Part shown: positions 37,450-47,226 of the stretch, piece after piece
Numbering within the stretch: position 1 is the stretch's first letter
How the letters are laid out: the number at the start of each line of letters is the position of its first letter
Assembly (NCBI GenBank): GCA_963667845.2
Contig: CAXXVL010000002.1
Location: 2,208,001 to 2,272,000 of the forward strand
DNA length: 64,000 bases
Direction of reading: 5' to 3'
DNA from: Smithellaceae bacterium
GTDB taxonomy: Bacteria; Desulfobacterota; Syntrophia; Syntrophales; Smithellaceae
Notes under the pieces: model-generated
What the model saw: only the letters and a program-made list of their open reading frames with translations
Databases searched by the model: none
Told to the model about the DNA's origin: nothing
Program-made: the position numbers and the translations under genes

Positions 37450-39192
37450 TTACTGTCCTTTCGTTTTCTTCTTTGAGCGCAACGCCTGCAGCGTAGAAAG
37501 TTTCACCCTGCGCAGTCGCGCCATTTTTGAACGGTCCTCCGTCAGGATGGCCAGTCTTTTCCGCTCTTCTTCGGCCATTAATTGCACTTCCTGCGTCTCC
37601 ATGGCAAACTCGGCGCGCAGCGCCGCGATCTTTGCTTCGAGGGCATTTCTTTTGCGCTCCTGTTCGCGAAGTCTCCGCTCGGCCTCACGTTGTGCCGTAA
37701 GCTCATTGGCCTTTTCGGAGGCTTCCTGGGCGGCTCTGGCACTGCCGGTTAAAACCTCGCCTGTGCCGGTATAGATATCGATCAGATCAATACCCTGGTT
37801 GGTCAGCAGGAACTCCTGGATCTGGTTGGAGTGGGCCATGCCGCGGGACTTCAAAATGTAGAGGCCCCGGTTGCGCTCCCCGTTAAGTTCAATATCCCGA
37901 AGCAGCAGCCACGTATCGATCAGAGAAGATATCTCTTCGCTGGTGCGTTCAAGGCTGTCTTGAGTACGGGTAAGGTCCGTCAGGAAAGTCGTTATTTTGT
38001 TCGTTTTCGCATAATCGATCAGGCGCGTTAAGATGGATTTGACCTCGGCCGCCGATCCCGCGGCGGTCAGGTTGCTGATCGGGTCCACAATGAAAACGGT
38101 GGGTTTGAACTCTTCGAGCATCCGATGGAAGGTGAGAAGATGCATCTCGAGGCCGTAAAGCGAAGGCCTTGCGGCATGAAATCTGAGCAGACCCTTCTGT
38201 ACCCACTTTGTGAGATGGATGCCGATGGAGGCCATGTTCCGGATGATTTGACTGGGCGATTCCTCAAAGGCAAAATACAGGCAGCGTTCGCCCCGCCTGC
38301 ATGCTGCGTCGGCAAAAGTGGCCTGCAAACTTGTTTTGCCGGTGCCTGACGTACCGGAGATGAGAATGGTGCTGCCCCGGTAGAACCCTTTCCCTCCAAA
38401 CATGGCATCCAGTTTGGGGATGCCCGTGGAGAATCGCTGAGTGGAAACGGGGTAGTCGAGTCCCAGGGACGTGATGGGCAAAATGGAGAGGCCGCCCTCG
38501 TCGATCAGGAAAGGATACTCGTCGGCGCCGTGGGATGAGCCGCGGTACTTGACGATGCGCAGGCGGCGGGTGGAAATTTGCTTATCGACGCGAAAGTCCA
38601 GCAGGATCACGCAATCGGCCACATATTCTTCCAGCCCGTAGCGGGTGAGCATGTTGTCGCCGCTTTCCCCCGTAACGACGGCCGTCACACCGCGTTCCTT
38701 CAACCAGTGAAAAAGCCTTCTGAGTTCCGCCCGGATGATCGCGGTATTGGAAAGCCCGGAGAAAAGCGCTTCGATGGTATCCAGAACAACCCGTTTTGCT
38801 CCGATGGAATCAATGGCGTTGCCCAGGCGGATGAATAATCCTTCCAGGTCGTATTCGCCGGTTTCCTCGATTTCGCTGCGTTCGATGTAAACGTGGTCCG
38901 TGGAGATGAGACCGCGAGACACCAGGTCGGGGAGATCAAAGCCCAGGGAGATGAAGTTCTTGGCCAGATCATCCGGCGTCTCCTCGAAGGTCATAAAAAC
39001 ACCGGGTTCTTTGTAATCCAGGGCGCCCCGCATGAGAAACTCCATTGCGAAAAGTGTTTTGCCGCAGCCTGCTGAGCCGCAGATCAGAGTCGTCCGGCCC
39101 TGCGGAAGCCCCCCCTTCGTGATCTCATCGAGCCCCTTGATGCCCGTCGGACATTTTTCAAGCCGAACAGCAGCACGTATTTTCTTGGCCAT
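37450..39192 (-). CDS. kaiC: double-domain KaiC with C-terminal coiled-coil extension
   Basis: Two P-loops ([16 protein letters not shown]), FEE motifs, [33 protein letters not shown] before MAKKIR. Confidence 0.95.
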   Translation of the reverse strand: MAKKIRAAVRLEKCPTGIKGLDEITKGGLPQGRTTLICGSAGCGKTLFAMEFLMRGALDYKEPGVFMTFEETPDDLAKNFISLGFDLPDLVSRGLISTDHVYIERSEIEETGEYDLEGLFIRLGNAIDSIGAKRVVLDTIEALFSGLSNTAIIRAELRRLFHWLKERGVTAVVTGESGDNMLTRYGLEEYVADCVILLDFRVDKQISTRRLRIVKYRGSSHGADEYPFLIDEGGLSILPITSLGLDYPVSTQRFSTGIPKLDAMFGGKGFYRGSTILISGTSGTGKTSLQATFADAACRRGERCLYFAFEESPSQIIRNMASIGIHLTKWVQKGLLRFHAARPSLYGLEMHLLTFHRMLEEFKPTVFIVDPISNLTAAGSAAEVKSILTRLIDYAKTNKITTFLTDLTRTQDSLERTSEEISSLIDTWLLLRDIELNGERNRGLYILKSRGMAHSNQIQEFLLTNQGIDLIDIYTGTGEVLTGSARAAQEASEKANELTAQREAERRLREQERKRNALEAKIAALRAEFAMETQEVQLMAEEERKRLAILTEDRSKMARLRRVKLSTLQALRSKKKTKGQ

Positions 39193-39634
39193 CGTCGCCT
39201 CCCGGAATCTTACCTTTCTGAAAAGCCAAACACTTTCCAAAGGGTAAACAATTTAAAGACACATATTACTTATCAGAATAAAAAGTGCTGTGCAGACCGC
39301 TTACTAACGTGCATTAAAATGATCGTCAAAAGGAGGGTCGGTAAGAGGGGTTGACGTTGTTTCATTTTTGCACTTTGCTAATAGTATCAAAATAATATGA
39401 ATTTGCAATATCTAAAATAGAATCGGCAGGACAAAAGCCTCAGTCATGATGGATGATGCATCGGGAATTCTCCATGGTGGCGAACAATTCTTTCGGTAAG
39501 GCCATGGTTTTCAGCCGCTGTGGGTTTGTCGGGCCCGCGGTGAAGAAAAGGAATACGGGTTCATGCAATCATTAAATGGCAGAATAAAAGAATGGAAATT
39601 CGCGAATATTTCTTATATTTATAAAACGCGAATG

Positions 39635-39710
39635 AATCAACCGCCTGGCAGCAAACTGTCGAGGTATGAATGAACGTCATTATATCGCAGCAAGCGACAG
39701 GGGATTAACG
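39635..39710 (-). repeat. dispersed palindromic repeat, copy 4 (inverted, truncated)
   Basis: AATCAACCGCCTGGCAGCAAACTGTCGAGGTATGAA...GCAGCAAGCGACAGGGGATTAACG matches the reverse complement of copy 1 with some substitutions. Confidence 0.85.
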
Positions 39711-39738
39711 TAAAAATCGAAAATACGGATGAACCAAC

Positions 39739-40800
39739 ATGAGCCGATACTGGACTGACGCGGTTAAAAACATCAAACCTTATGTTCCGGGGGAGCAACC
39801 CAAAGACCGGAGATACATTAAACTCAATACCAATGAAAATCCCTACCCGCCGTCGGCGAAAGCCATTGAAGCCATCAAACTTGCCGCCGACGATACGCTG
39901 CGGCTCTATCCCGATCCATCGGGCGATGCGCTGAGAGATGCCATTGCCGGAAATTTCGGCGTTCAGAGGACTAATGTTTTTATCGGCAACGGCTCCGATG
40001 AACTGCTGGCTTTTTGCTTTCCGGCCTTTTTTGAGCCCTCAGGTCTGCCCATCCTGTTTGCCGAAATAACGTACAGCTTCTATCCGGTGTATGCGGCATT
40101 CTTTAAAACCCCTTACCGGCTGATTCCGGTCGACGAAGAATTCAACGTTCCGGTTGAGGGCTACTTTCAGGAAAACGGCGGCATCATCATTGCCAATCCC
40201 AATGCTCCTACCGGCAAGGGTCTCGATCTTGCGAGCGTTGAAACGATTCTGAAGAAAAATGCCGCAAGCGTCGTCGTGCTCGACGAAGCCTATATTGATT
40301 TCGGCGGCCGGACCGCCGCGGGCCTGATTAACCGGTATCCGAATCTGCTGGTGATCCGGACGCTGTCCAAATCGCACTCGCTTGCGGGATTGCGCGTGGG
40401 ATACGCACTGGGCAGCGAAGAGCTGATCGAAGGCATTACGCGTGTCAAGGACTCGATTAATTCCTATACCGTGGACCGTCTGGCCCAGGCCGGCGCCCGG
40501 GAAGCCATTAAAGACGATGCCTGGTTTCAGGAGACGCGCTCTAAAATTATCGCGACCCGGGAGCGCGTGACGGCCAGGCTCAAAGACATGGGCTTTGTCG
40601 TCATCCCGTCTGAGGCCAATTTTATTTTTATCTCGAGCCGCCGATGTCCGGGGCGCAGCCTGTTTCAGCGGCTGAGAGAGAAGGGCATCCTCGTGCGCTA
40701 TTTTGATAAACCCGGGATTGACAACTATCTCAGGGTGAGCATCGGCACCGACGAAGAAATGGACAGCTTTCTTGCGGCCGTCGCCGAGATCTGCGGATAA
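39739..40800 (+). CDS. hisC: histidinol-phosphate aminotransferase
   Basis: PYVPGEQP, KLNTNENPY, GNGSDE, NPNAPTG, DEAY, TLSKSHSLAGLRVGY. Confidence 0.95.
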   Translation: MSRYWTDAVKNIKPYVPGEQPKDRRYIKLNTNENPYPPSAKAIEAIKLAADDTLRLYPDPSGDALRDAIAGNFGVQRTNVFIGNGSDELLAFCFPAFFEPSGLPILFAEITYSFYPVYAAFFKTPYRLIPVDEEFNVPVEGYFQENGGIIIANPNAPTGKGLDLASVETILKKNAASVVVLDEAYIDFGGRTAAGLINRYPNLLVIRTLSKSHSLAGLRVGYALGSEELIEGITRVKDSINSYTVDRLAQAGAREAIKDDAWFQETRSKIIATRERVTARLKDMGFVVIPSEANFIFISSRRCPGRSLFQRLREKGILVRYFDKPGIDNYLRVSIGTDEEMDSFLAAVAEICG

Positions 40801-40929
40801 CAAATTTAGTCAGCAATGTTTGCTCATAATGGCCAGGATTCCTTTGAATCGCCTGATTTGCCGGATCTTGCAACGTCCTATTCAAAGACGGCCCGGGCAA
40901 TTTGGTTTTTCAGGCGCCCAAGCAGATTC

Positions 40930-41028
40930 AATCCCGCTCACGCGGGACGAGCGTTAATTCCCTGTCGCTTGCTGCGAAATAATGACGTTTATTTCCTACT
41001 TCGACAGCTTGCTGCAAGGTGGTTGATT
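40930..41028 (+). repeat. dispersed palindromic repeat, copy 5
   Basis: Colinear with copy 1. Confidence 0.9.
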
Positions 41029-41045
41029 ATTGGAGGAAGGATGCA

Positions 41046-42335
41046 GTGAATAAGGCGCGACGATTTGAAATTGATAATGCAGGCCGCTTGTTTTCTTCCG
41101 TCACGACGTCAAAGAGGAGGCCGCGGTTCCGGTTCATTGCGGTACTTACCGAAGAAGTGGAACCGGCCGTTCTGGCAAGCGCCCTCAACGCGACGATGCA
41201 GCGTTTTCCGTATTTCGATGTCGTCCTGAAAAACGGGTTTTTCTGGCATTATCTGGAGGAAGCTAAGCAAAAGATCACCCTGCAGCGCGATTCGCTCGAG
41301 CACTTTCAAACCTTGAGCCCTCAAGGTCCGCTTTTGCATATCGGGTACGAAGGCAGGAAAATAAACCTGGAGATGGCGCACGTCCTTTCTGATGGATTCG
41401 GCGCCGTGACTCTTCTGAAAACACTTCTTATACAGTATTACAGACTCCAGGGGGTTGACGTCCCGTTTACGCATGGCGCGTTTGATATCCGGGAAGCACC
41501 TTGCCCGGAAGAGTATGAGGACAGCTATAAAAAATACAGCCGCAAAAGCGTGAAGTCCATGTGGCGCGACACGAGGGCTTTTCGTCCGGAGAGTCTGCCC
41601 GGCAGGCAAGATTTGATAGGTGAGGTGGCCGTTGTAACGGGGATCATGAGCGCCGGGGATGTCCTGGCCAAAGCGCGGGCGTATCGGGTCAGCGTAACGG
41701 AATATCTCACGGCGGTGCTTGTACAGTCCCTGATGATGCTTCAGCGTGAAAACAAATCCCGGCGTCAGCTGCCGGTAAGAGTATCCGTCTCAGCGAACCT
41801 CAGAAAGTTTTTTCCGACCCGGACACTACGCAACTTTTCCGGTTTCGGCAATGTCGGTATCGACCCGGGCGCCGGCGAGTACACCTTTGATGAAACGGCG
41901 GAAGAGATGCACCATCAGTGCCGGTTAGTGCTGTCGGAAAAAAACCAGAATGCGCTCATCAGCAAAAATACGGCCGATGAAAAAAATATCCTGGTTCGCG
42001 CATTCCCTCTCTTCATCAAAAAACGCATGGCGATGCTGATCCTGGACCAGGTGGCCGCAAGGATGCTTTCCATGGACCTGACCAATATCGGTGCGATTGA
42101 TTTACCCGAGGCCATCAGAGATAAAGTGGAGCGCTTCGATACCATGGGCGGGAATCTGCACTTTTTCAGAATCGAATGCGGGATGATGAGCTACCGCGAC
42201 ATACTATCGATCAGCTTTTCACGGGCCATCGATCAGCCGCTTGTGGAAAGACGCTTTTTTGATCTTCTGGCGGACCACGGCATTGCGGTGCAGCTCGCAA
42301 CGCAGCTCGATGCAATGAGAGGCGGGGCGGCATGA
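41046..42335 (+). CDS. CoA-dependent acyltransferase (alcohol acetyltransferase/condensation-like)
   Basis: HVLSDG (HxxxDG) motif; ANLRKFFPTRTLRNFS; GGAGG RBS before GTG 41046. Confidence 0.72.
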   Translation: MNKARRFEIDNAGRLFSSVTTSKRRPRFRFIAVLTEEVEPAVLASALNATMQRFPYFDVVLKNGFFWHYLEEAKQKITLQRDSLEHFQTLSPQGPLLHIGYEGRKINLEMAHVLSDGFGAVTLLKTLLIQYYRLQGVDVPFTHGAFDIREAPCPEEYEDSYKKYSRKSVKSMWRDTRAFRPESLPGRQDLIGEVAVVTGIMSAGDVLAKARAYRVSVTEYLTAVLVQSLMMLQRENKSRRQLPVRVSVSANLRKFFPTRTLRNFSGFGNVGIDPGAGEYTFDETAEEMHHQCRLVLSEKNQNALISKNTADEKNILVRAFPLFIKKRMAMLILDQVAARMLSMDLTNIGAIDLPEAIRDKVERFDTMGGNLHFFRIECGMMSYRDILSISFSRAIDQPLVERRFFDLLADHGIAVQLATQLDAMRGGAA

Positions 42336-43561
42336 AGGAAGCTCAATTGGAGCGGATTAAAAAAGTGCTTTCCGCGCTTGCGGATCAAAGTGAATTTTAC
42401 GCTAAAAAATTTTCCGGAATTGATTTGGGCGCAATTCAAAGCCGGGAGGATTTTGCAGCGCTTCCCTTTACGGATAAAGACGATCTCAGAGATGCTTATC
42501 CCCTGGGTCTTTTGGCAGCTCCCGAGCACGAGGTTGTCCGGGTGCATTCCTCTTCCGGAACAACGGGCATTCCGGTCATCATCCCTTATACCAGACAGGA
42601 TATCATTGATTGGACGGAAATGTTTCACCGCTGTTACGTGACGGCCGGATTAACCCGTTCGGACCGCGTTCAAATTACGCCGGGATATGGCCTGTGGACC
42701 GCCGGGATCGGCTTTCAGGCGGGAGCAGAGCAGCTGGGGGCCATGGTCATTCCGACGGGTCCCGGAAATACCGAGAAGCAAATCCAGATGCTGACGGATT
42801 TAAAGAGCACCGTCTTGTGTGCGACCGCCTCCTATGCACTTCTTTTGGCCGAAGAGATTGCCAAGAGAGGCCTTCGGGATAAAATCCATCTCCAAAAAGG
42901 AATATTCGGCTCCGAGCGCTGGGGAGAAAAAATGAGGCGCCGGATAGCCGGCGAGCTCGGCATCAAGCTGTATGACATTTACGGATTGACCGAAATTTAC
43001 GGCCCCGGCATCGGAATCAGCTGTGATAAAGAATGCGGCATGCATTTCTGGGATGATTATCTGTATTTTGAAATCATCGATCCCAAAACCGGCGGAGAGC
43101 TTCCCTGCGGGAAAACCGGCGAGCTGGTGATCACGACCCTGAGGAAGGAAGGAGCACCGCTGATCCGTTACCGGACACACGACTTAACGCGGATCATTCC
43201 CGGCGAATGCGAATGCGGCCTTGCGTATCCGAGAATCGACACCATTATCGGACGCACGGACGATATGGTGAAAATCAAAGGGTCGATGATCTTCCCGGCG
43301 CAAATTGACCGGCTCCTGTATGAGGTTGAGGGAGCGAGCAGTGAATATCAGCTGGTGATCGAAAATTTAAACGGCCGCGACGTCGTGACGCTGATTTTTG
43401 AAGCCGACCGGGAAGCAAATCAGGAAACTGTGATGAAGAATATTCAGGCAAAATGCAAGTCCCAAATCGGCATCACGGTCGTTCCCAAAGCGGTTCGCCT
43501 GGGCGGGCTCCCGCGCAGTGAGAAAAAATCCCAACGCATCCTCGATCATCGCGCAAGCTAG
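42332..43561 (+). CDS. paaK: phenylacetate-CoA ligase family protein
   Basis: LPFTDKDDLR, HSSSGTTG, IYGLTE, PLIRYRTHD, GRTDDMVKIKG. Confidence 0.88.
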   Translation: MKEAQLERIKKVLSALADQSEFYAKKFSGIDLGAIQSREDFAALPFTDKDDLRDAYPLGLLAAPEHEVVRVHSSSGTTGIPVIIPYTRQDIIDWTEMFHRCYVTAGLTRSDRVQITPGYGLWTAGIGFQAGAEQLGAMVIPTGPGNTEKQIQMLTDLKSTVLCATASYALLLAEEIAKRGLRDKIHLQKGIFGSERWGEKMRRRIAGELGIKLYDIYGLTEIYGPGIGISCDKECGMHFWDDYLYFEIIDPKTGGELPCGKTGELVITTLRKEGAPLIRYRTHDLTRIIPGECECGLAYPRIDTIIGRTDDMVKIKGSMIFPAQIDRLLYEVEGASSEYQLVIENLNGRDVVTLIFEADREANQETVMKNIQAKCKSQIGITVVPKAVRLGGLPRSEKKSQRILDHRAS

Positions 43562-43782
43562 TTTCATGATCATTTATTTGCCGGAGCGTTTGAGGCTTAC
43601 GGAGCACCATCGGGATCGGGAGGAAGAAATAAAGCCTCCGTGAAGGGTTCATCAGCATTGCCGGGACCGGCGGATCAAGAAATGATCGATCCGGATTGAC
43701 ATTGGATTGATTCATCTTATACTTTTACACAGGTCACAGTTTCAGATGATCATCCGATTGTCAGCCGGGGAAGGGATGTCGC

Positions 43783-45429
43783 ATGTACAGCAGCTTTTAC
43801 GGATTCCGGGAAAAGCCTTTTTCCATGACGCCGGATACGTCCTTTCTATTCCTCAGCAAGAATCATCAAGAAGCGTTCGCACACCTCCTGTACGGAATCA
43901 ATTCCCAGGGCGGATTTATCGAGCTGGCCGGTGAAGTGGGGTCCGGGAAGACCACAGTCCTCAGAACGCTGATGAACCAGCTCGACCGCGAGAAGTACAC
44001 GACGGCGCTGATTTTTAATCCCTGTCTGTCGGCACTGGAATTGCTGCAAAGCATCAGCAAAGAATACGGCCTGCCGGCCGACGAAATGATGAACGCGAGA
44101 TTGATCGGCACCCTCAATGAATTCCTGCTGAAGGAGAATGCGGCGGGCCGGACCGTGGTCCTGGTTGTTGATGAGGCCCAGAACCTCAGCCCGGCCGTTC
44201 TTGAGCAAATAAGGTTGATTTCGAATCTGGAGACGGAAAAGAGCAAACTGATCCAGATTCTGCTGGCCGGGCAGCCGGAACTGGAGACGATCTTGAACCG
44301 GCCGGAAATGCGCCAGATCAGGCAGCGGATCACTGTTCAATACTACCTTAAACCCATGGATTATGACGATACCGTCGCTTACATCAATCATCGTATTGGC
44401 GCCGCGGGGGGCGATGGGCGGGTTGTCTTTGCGAAATCCGCCCTGAAACGAATATTTCACTATTCCCGCGGACTCCCGAGGCTCATCAACATCGCCTGCG
44501 ACCGGGCGCTTTTGGCCGGCTACACGAAAAACGCGTTTGTGATTTCCGGCCGTATGGCAGCTCTGGCCATCAATGATTTGAACTCGATGAGTAAACGATG
44601 GTGGCCAATGAAGCGGAGCATCCCGGCAGGTCTCATTTTGATTGCACTCCTTTGTGGCGCGGGCATCTATCTTTACGCCGGAAACGTTATTGACAGAATT
44701 GTTTCTGAAGATGCCAGACTAAGCGCTGCCACCCGGAAGATAACGATGAATGTCCTCCCGACGGGAACCGCAATCGGATTAGAGGAATTCGCAGCCGGAG
44801 CGCGGGCGGAACTTACAAAATCCGGCCGGAAAGAGAATATCGCCGCTGTGTTTAATGCGGTTGCACCTCTCCTGGGTATCTCACCGCTTTCCGGCGGGGA
44901 AGAAGTCTCATCCCTCGACCAGGTGTTTCGTGACCGGGAAGTTCAGCTATACAGGTATCAGGGGAATCTCGGCGGCCTTCTCCGGCTCAATCGTCCGGCT
45001 GTTCTGGAAATTAATATTCAAGGGCTGAAGGATGCGCGCTACATTGCCTTGACGGGGCAAAATGACAATCGTCTTTTAATCGGGCCGCCCGTCCTGGGGA
45101 AATCGCCGCTGACCGCGCAGGAATTGGAGACGCTGTGGACGGGCCGCAGTTACATTCCCTGGAAGAATGTGCACAAAATTCCTATCATCGGTAAAATCGG
45201 AACACAGGGAGAGGGAATAAAACGGCTGCAGGTTCTGTTGCAAGACGCGCATGTTTACCGGGGAAATCTATCGGGCGTGTTTGATAAAGAAACAAAAGAG
45301 GCCGTCAGGAAATTCCAACTCGCCCAGGGTATTGATCCGGACGGTATTGCGGGAAGTCAGACGCTGTTTCAATTGTATTGTACGCTCGACAGCGGCGCCG
45401 TTCGTTTGCCGGGCAAGAAAAGTCCATAG
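43783..45429 (+). CDS. exeA: ExeA/GspA-family AAA ATPase with peptidoglycan-binding domain
   Basis: FYGFREKPF, GEVGSGKT, VVDEAQNL, LAGQPEL, TM helix, AVRKFQ...DGIAG. Confidence 0.88.
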   Translation: MYSSFYGFREKPFSMTPDTSFLFLSKNHQEAFAHLLYGINSQGGFIELAGEVGSGKTTVLRTLMNQLDREKYTTALIFNPCLSALELLQSISKEYGLPADEMMNARLIGTLNEFLLKENAAGRTVVLVVDEAQNLSPAVLEQIRLISNLETEKSKLIQILLAGQPELETILNRPEMRQIRQRITVQYYLKPMDYDDTVAYINHRIGAAGGDGRVVFAKSALKRIFHYSRGLPRLINIACDRALLAGYTKNAFVISGRMAALAINDLNSMSKRWWPMKRSIPAGLILIALLCGAGIYLYAGNVIDRIVSEDARLSAATRKITMNVLPTGTAIGLEEFAAGARAELTKSGRKENIAAVFNAVAPLLGISPLSGGEEVSSLDQVFRDREVQLYRYQGNLGGLLRLNRPAVLEINIQGLKDARYIALTGQNDNRLLIGPPVLGKSPLTAQELETLWTGRSYIPWKNVHKIPIIGKIGTQGEGIKRLQVLLQDAHVYRGNLSGVFDKETKEAVRKFQLAQGIDPDGIAGSQTLFQLYCTLDSGAVRLPGKKSP

Positions 45430-45438
45430 GGATAGGCT

Positions 45439-46086
45439 ATGAGTCTGATACTTGACGCACTAAAAAAGCTTGACCGTGAGATGGCCGCCGGGCGGAAAAG
45501 TTCCGGTGCAGTCGCGGATCAGATCCTCCTGCAGGATCGGGCGAGACCCAGATATAGAGGGATTATCTTCTTAACGATCGTTGCGGCTTGTGTCGGTGCG
45601 GTTACGACTATCGTCCTGATGGTTGGGTTTCCCGGTTTTATGAAACCCGCCGATCAGACGCCTGCGACATACTCCAAAGAAGCGCCAACCGTGCCGCCTG
45701 CCGGCAGCGCTGTGGCTCAGTCGTCAACAACGCCGGTCCCGCTCAATGAACCGCAGGGAATTATCCAGCCCGAACCGGATCGCTCTCGGATCGAACCAGA
45801 AAAGAAGGTGACGGTAAAGACACCGCCCCATGCCGAGACAATCGACAAGTCTGTCGAGAGCGATACCCACGACGTCCCGAACCGGTTGCCTGAGGCCGCC
45901 ATGCCGGTTCTCAGGATAACCGGCATCGTCTGGCAGGAAGACCCTCAGGCCCGCCGGGCTGTCGTGAATGATGTTGTGGCCAGGGAGGGATTTGTCATTG
46001 ACGGCGTTAAGATTGTTGAAATACGTCCGACAGTGGTCCGCTTCAAGAAAGGAACCAAATCGTTTGAAATATCCGTAGGGAAGTGA
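45439..46086 (+). CDS. GspB/ExeB-family protein
   Basis: MSLILDALKK start, TM helix, GIVWQEDP..RRAVVN..VAREG; follows exeA. Confidence 0.8.
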   Translation: MSLILDALKKLDREMAAGRKSSGAVADQILLQDRARPRYRGIIFLTIVAACVGAVTTIVLMVGFPGFMKPADQTPATYSKEAPTVPPAGSAVAQSSTTPVPLNEPQGIIQPEPDRSRIEPEKKVTVKTPPHAETIDKSVESDTHDVPNRLPEAAMPVLRITGIVWQEDPQARRAVVNDVVAREGFVIDGVKIVEIRPTVVRFKKGTKSFEISVGK

Positions 46087-46182
46087 CACGCCCGTCGGCT
46101 TGCATTCGCCGATCACTGATCCGTCGGCGTCCTCGGGATATTCCCGGTAACCTGATGAACCCTTCCCCTGACCTTCAGGATG

Positions 46183-46422
46183 CTATTTGCCTGTCTGACG
46201 GGAGTATGAAATTTTCTTTGCGCCGCCCTCACAGGAGCCGACGATCTTTTGATCTTTAACCTGATCCGCCGGTATAATCTCCAGCGTATATTCTTTTACG
46301 CCTTTCGCCTTTAATTTTGCCTCGATTTCCGTTTTCAGCTCTTCACAGGATTTGATCTCAGCAAACGCTGATGTACAGCAAAATACCGCCGCCGCTGCCA
46401 GCAAAATAACGATCTTTTTCAT
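46183..46422 (-). CDS. DUF1161-family small secreted protein
   Basis: Signal peptide; SCEELKTEIEAKL..KGV..YTLEI...VGSCEGG.KKI.Y.R. Confidence 0.82.
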   Translation of the reverse strand: MKKIVILLAAAAVFCCTSAFAEIKSCEELKTEIEAKLKAKGVKEYTLEIIPADQVKDQKIVGSCEGGAKKISYSRQTGK

Positions 46423-46529
46423 GCCTTACCTCCTTATGTATTGGCTCAACGAGCCTGTAGAATAAATATACGAGCCATTTTCTTTGCTATTTTCACGAGT
46501 TTTTTTACTTTTCCTCGACACGTAATCTC

Positions 46530-46584
46530 CGATTACGACGAAATCACCCGGAGCGCAGCAATCGGTTGCATTGACGGGTTGTGC
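46530..46584 (-). mobile_element. degenerate attC-like site downstream of brnA
   Basis: Minus strand: GCACAAC-5nt-AATGCAAC-16nt-GGTGATT-5nt-GTAATCG. L boxes pair with one extra base; R' reads GTA instead of GTT. Confidence 0.6.
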
Positions 46585-46589
46585 GAATT

Positions 46590-46808
46590 TTAAGATGCTT
46601 CTTTCCAATTCATCGAAAGTACACGACCGGAAGCAGCGCAATCTCGCAAATAGAGATTTATCAACGTTTGATAAGGTACCCCCGCTGTTTTAGCGAGATT
46701 CTTGAAGTAATCTACGGTACCCTCATCTAATCTTATCGTTACTTGCTTCTTGAGCATACTTGCGCAAGGATTTTTTTTTGCTTTTGAAAAATCATATTCT
46801 TTTCTCAT
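46590..46808 (-). CDS. brnA: BrnA-family antitoxin
   Basis: MRKEYDFSKA.KNP...VTIRLD...YFK......PYQTLIN.YLR; ATGA overlap with brnT. Confidence 0.87.
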   Translation of the reverse strand: MRKEYDFSKAKKNPCASMLKKQVTIRLDEGTVDYFKNLAKTAGVPYQTLINLYLRDCAASGRVLSMNWKEAS

Positions 46809-47101
46809 GATAACCACCTGCTCCAGTATTGTCTTTGCTCCATGCGTGTTGCCTTCCGTGCTGAAATTATTCTTACGATTAGGTCTTCTCTACGATAAGT
46901 ATGGGAAATGACGAGTAGCCGAAGCTTGGAACTCATGCCAAGAAGAACAAAGTGCGTTTCTTCCAATGAATGGTCGGGATCATCGAGCAATAAGCCATTT
47001 TCATCTGCGAATGCCGTTTGCGCTTCAGGAAAAGAAATACCATGCTTTCTTTGATTCAGGTTATCTTTCTTTTCATCCCATGCAAACCGTAACTCTTTCA
47101 T
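46805..47101 (-). CDS. brnT: BrnT-family toxin
   Basis: FAWDEKK...N.RKHGISF.EA..AF.D...RIISARKAT. Confidence 0.9.
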   Translation of the reverse strand: MKELRFAWDEKKDNLNQRKHGISFPEAQTAFADENGLLLDDPDHSLEETHFVLLGMSSKLRLLVISHTYRREDLIVRIISARKATRMEQRQYWSRWLS

Positions 47102-47136
47102 GATTACAGTGTAATTACATTGTAGTGTATTGTCAA
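47102..47136 (-). promoter_or_regulatory. sigma70-type promoter of brnTA, probably leaderless
   Basis: TTGACA-17nt-TACACT-6nt-ATG; overlapping inverted repeat ATTACA-N-TGTAAT. Confidence 0.7.
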
Positions 47137-47147
47137 TAATTATTTCA

Positions 47148-47216
47148 GCTTAACGCGCTGATGAGCGGCGCCGGCGTGCGCAGCACGGAGGCGCCCACTC
47201 CATTGGCTGGTTAGGT
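47148..47216 (-). mobile_element. integron attC-like site
   Basis: Minus strand: ACCTAAC (RYYYAAC)-5nt-AATGGAGT ... GCTCATC-5nt-GTTAAGC (GTTRRRY); 69 bp with central inverted repeat GGCGCC..GTGC/GCAC..GGCGCC. Confidence 0.8.
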
Positions 47217-47226
47217 GCATTCTCAC

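Noticed and set aside
39438..39453. CCTCAGTCATGATGG upstream of kaiC as an autoregulatory enhancer
   Set aside because: Only a half-site match, not tandem, and no sigma54 box at the expected distance.
43783..46086. exeA/exeB as sign of a novel secretion system
   Set aside because: This pair commonly occurs apart from the core T2SS genes and nothing unusual is adjacent.
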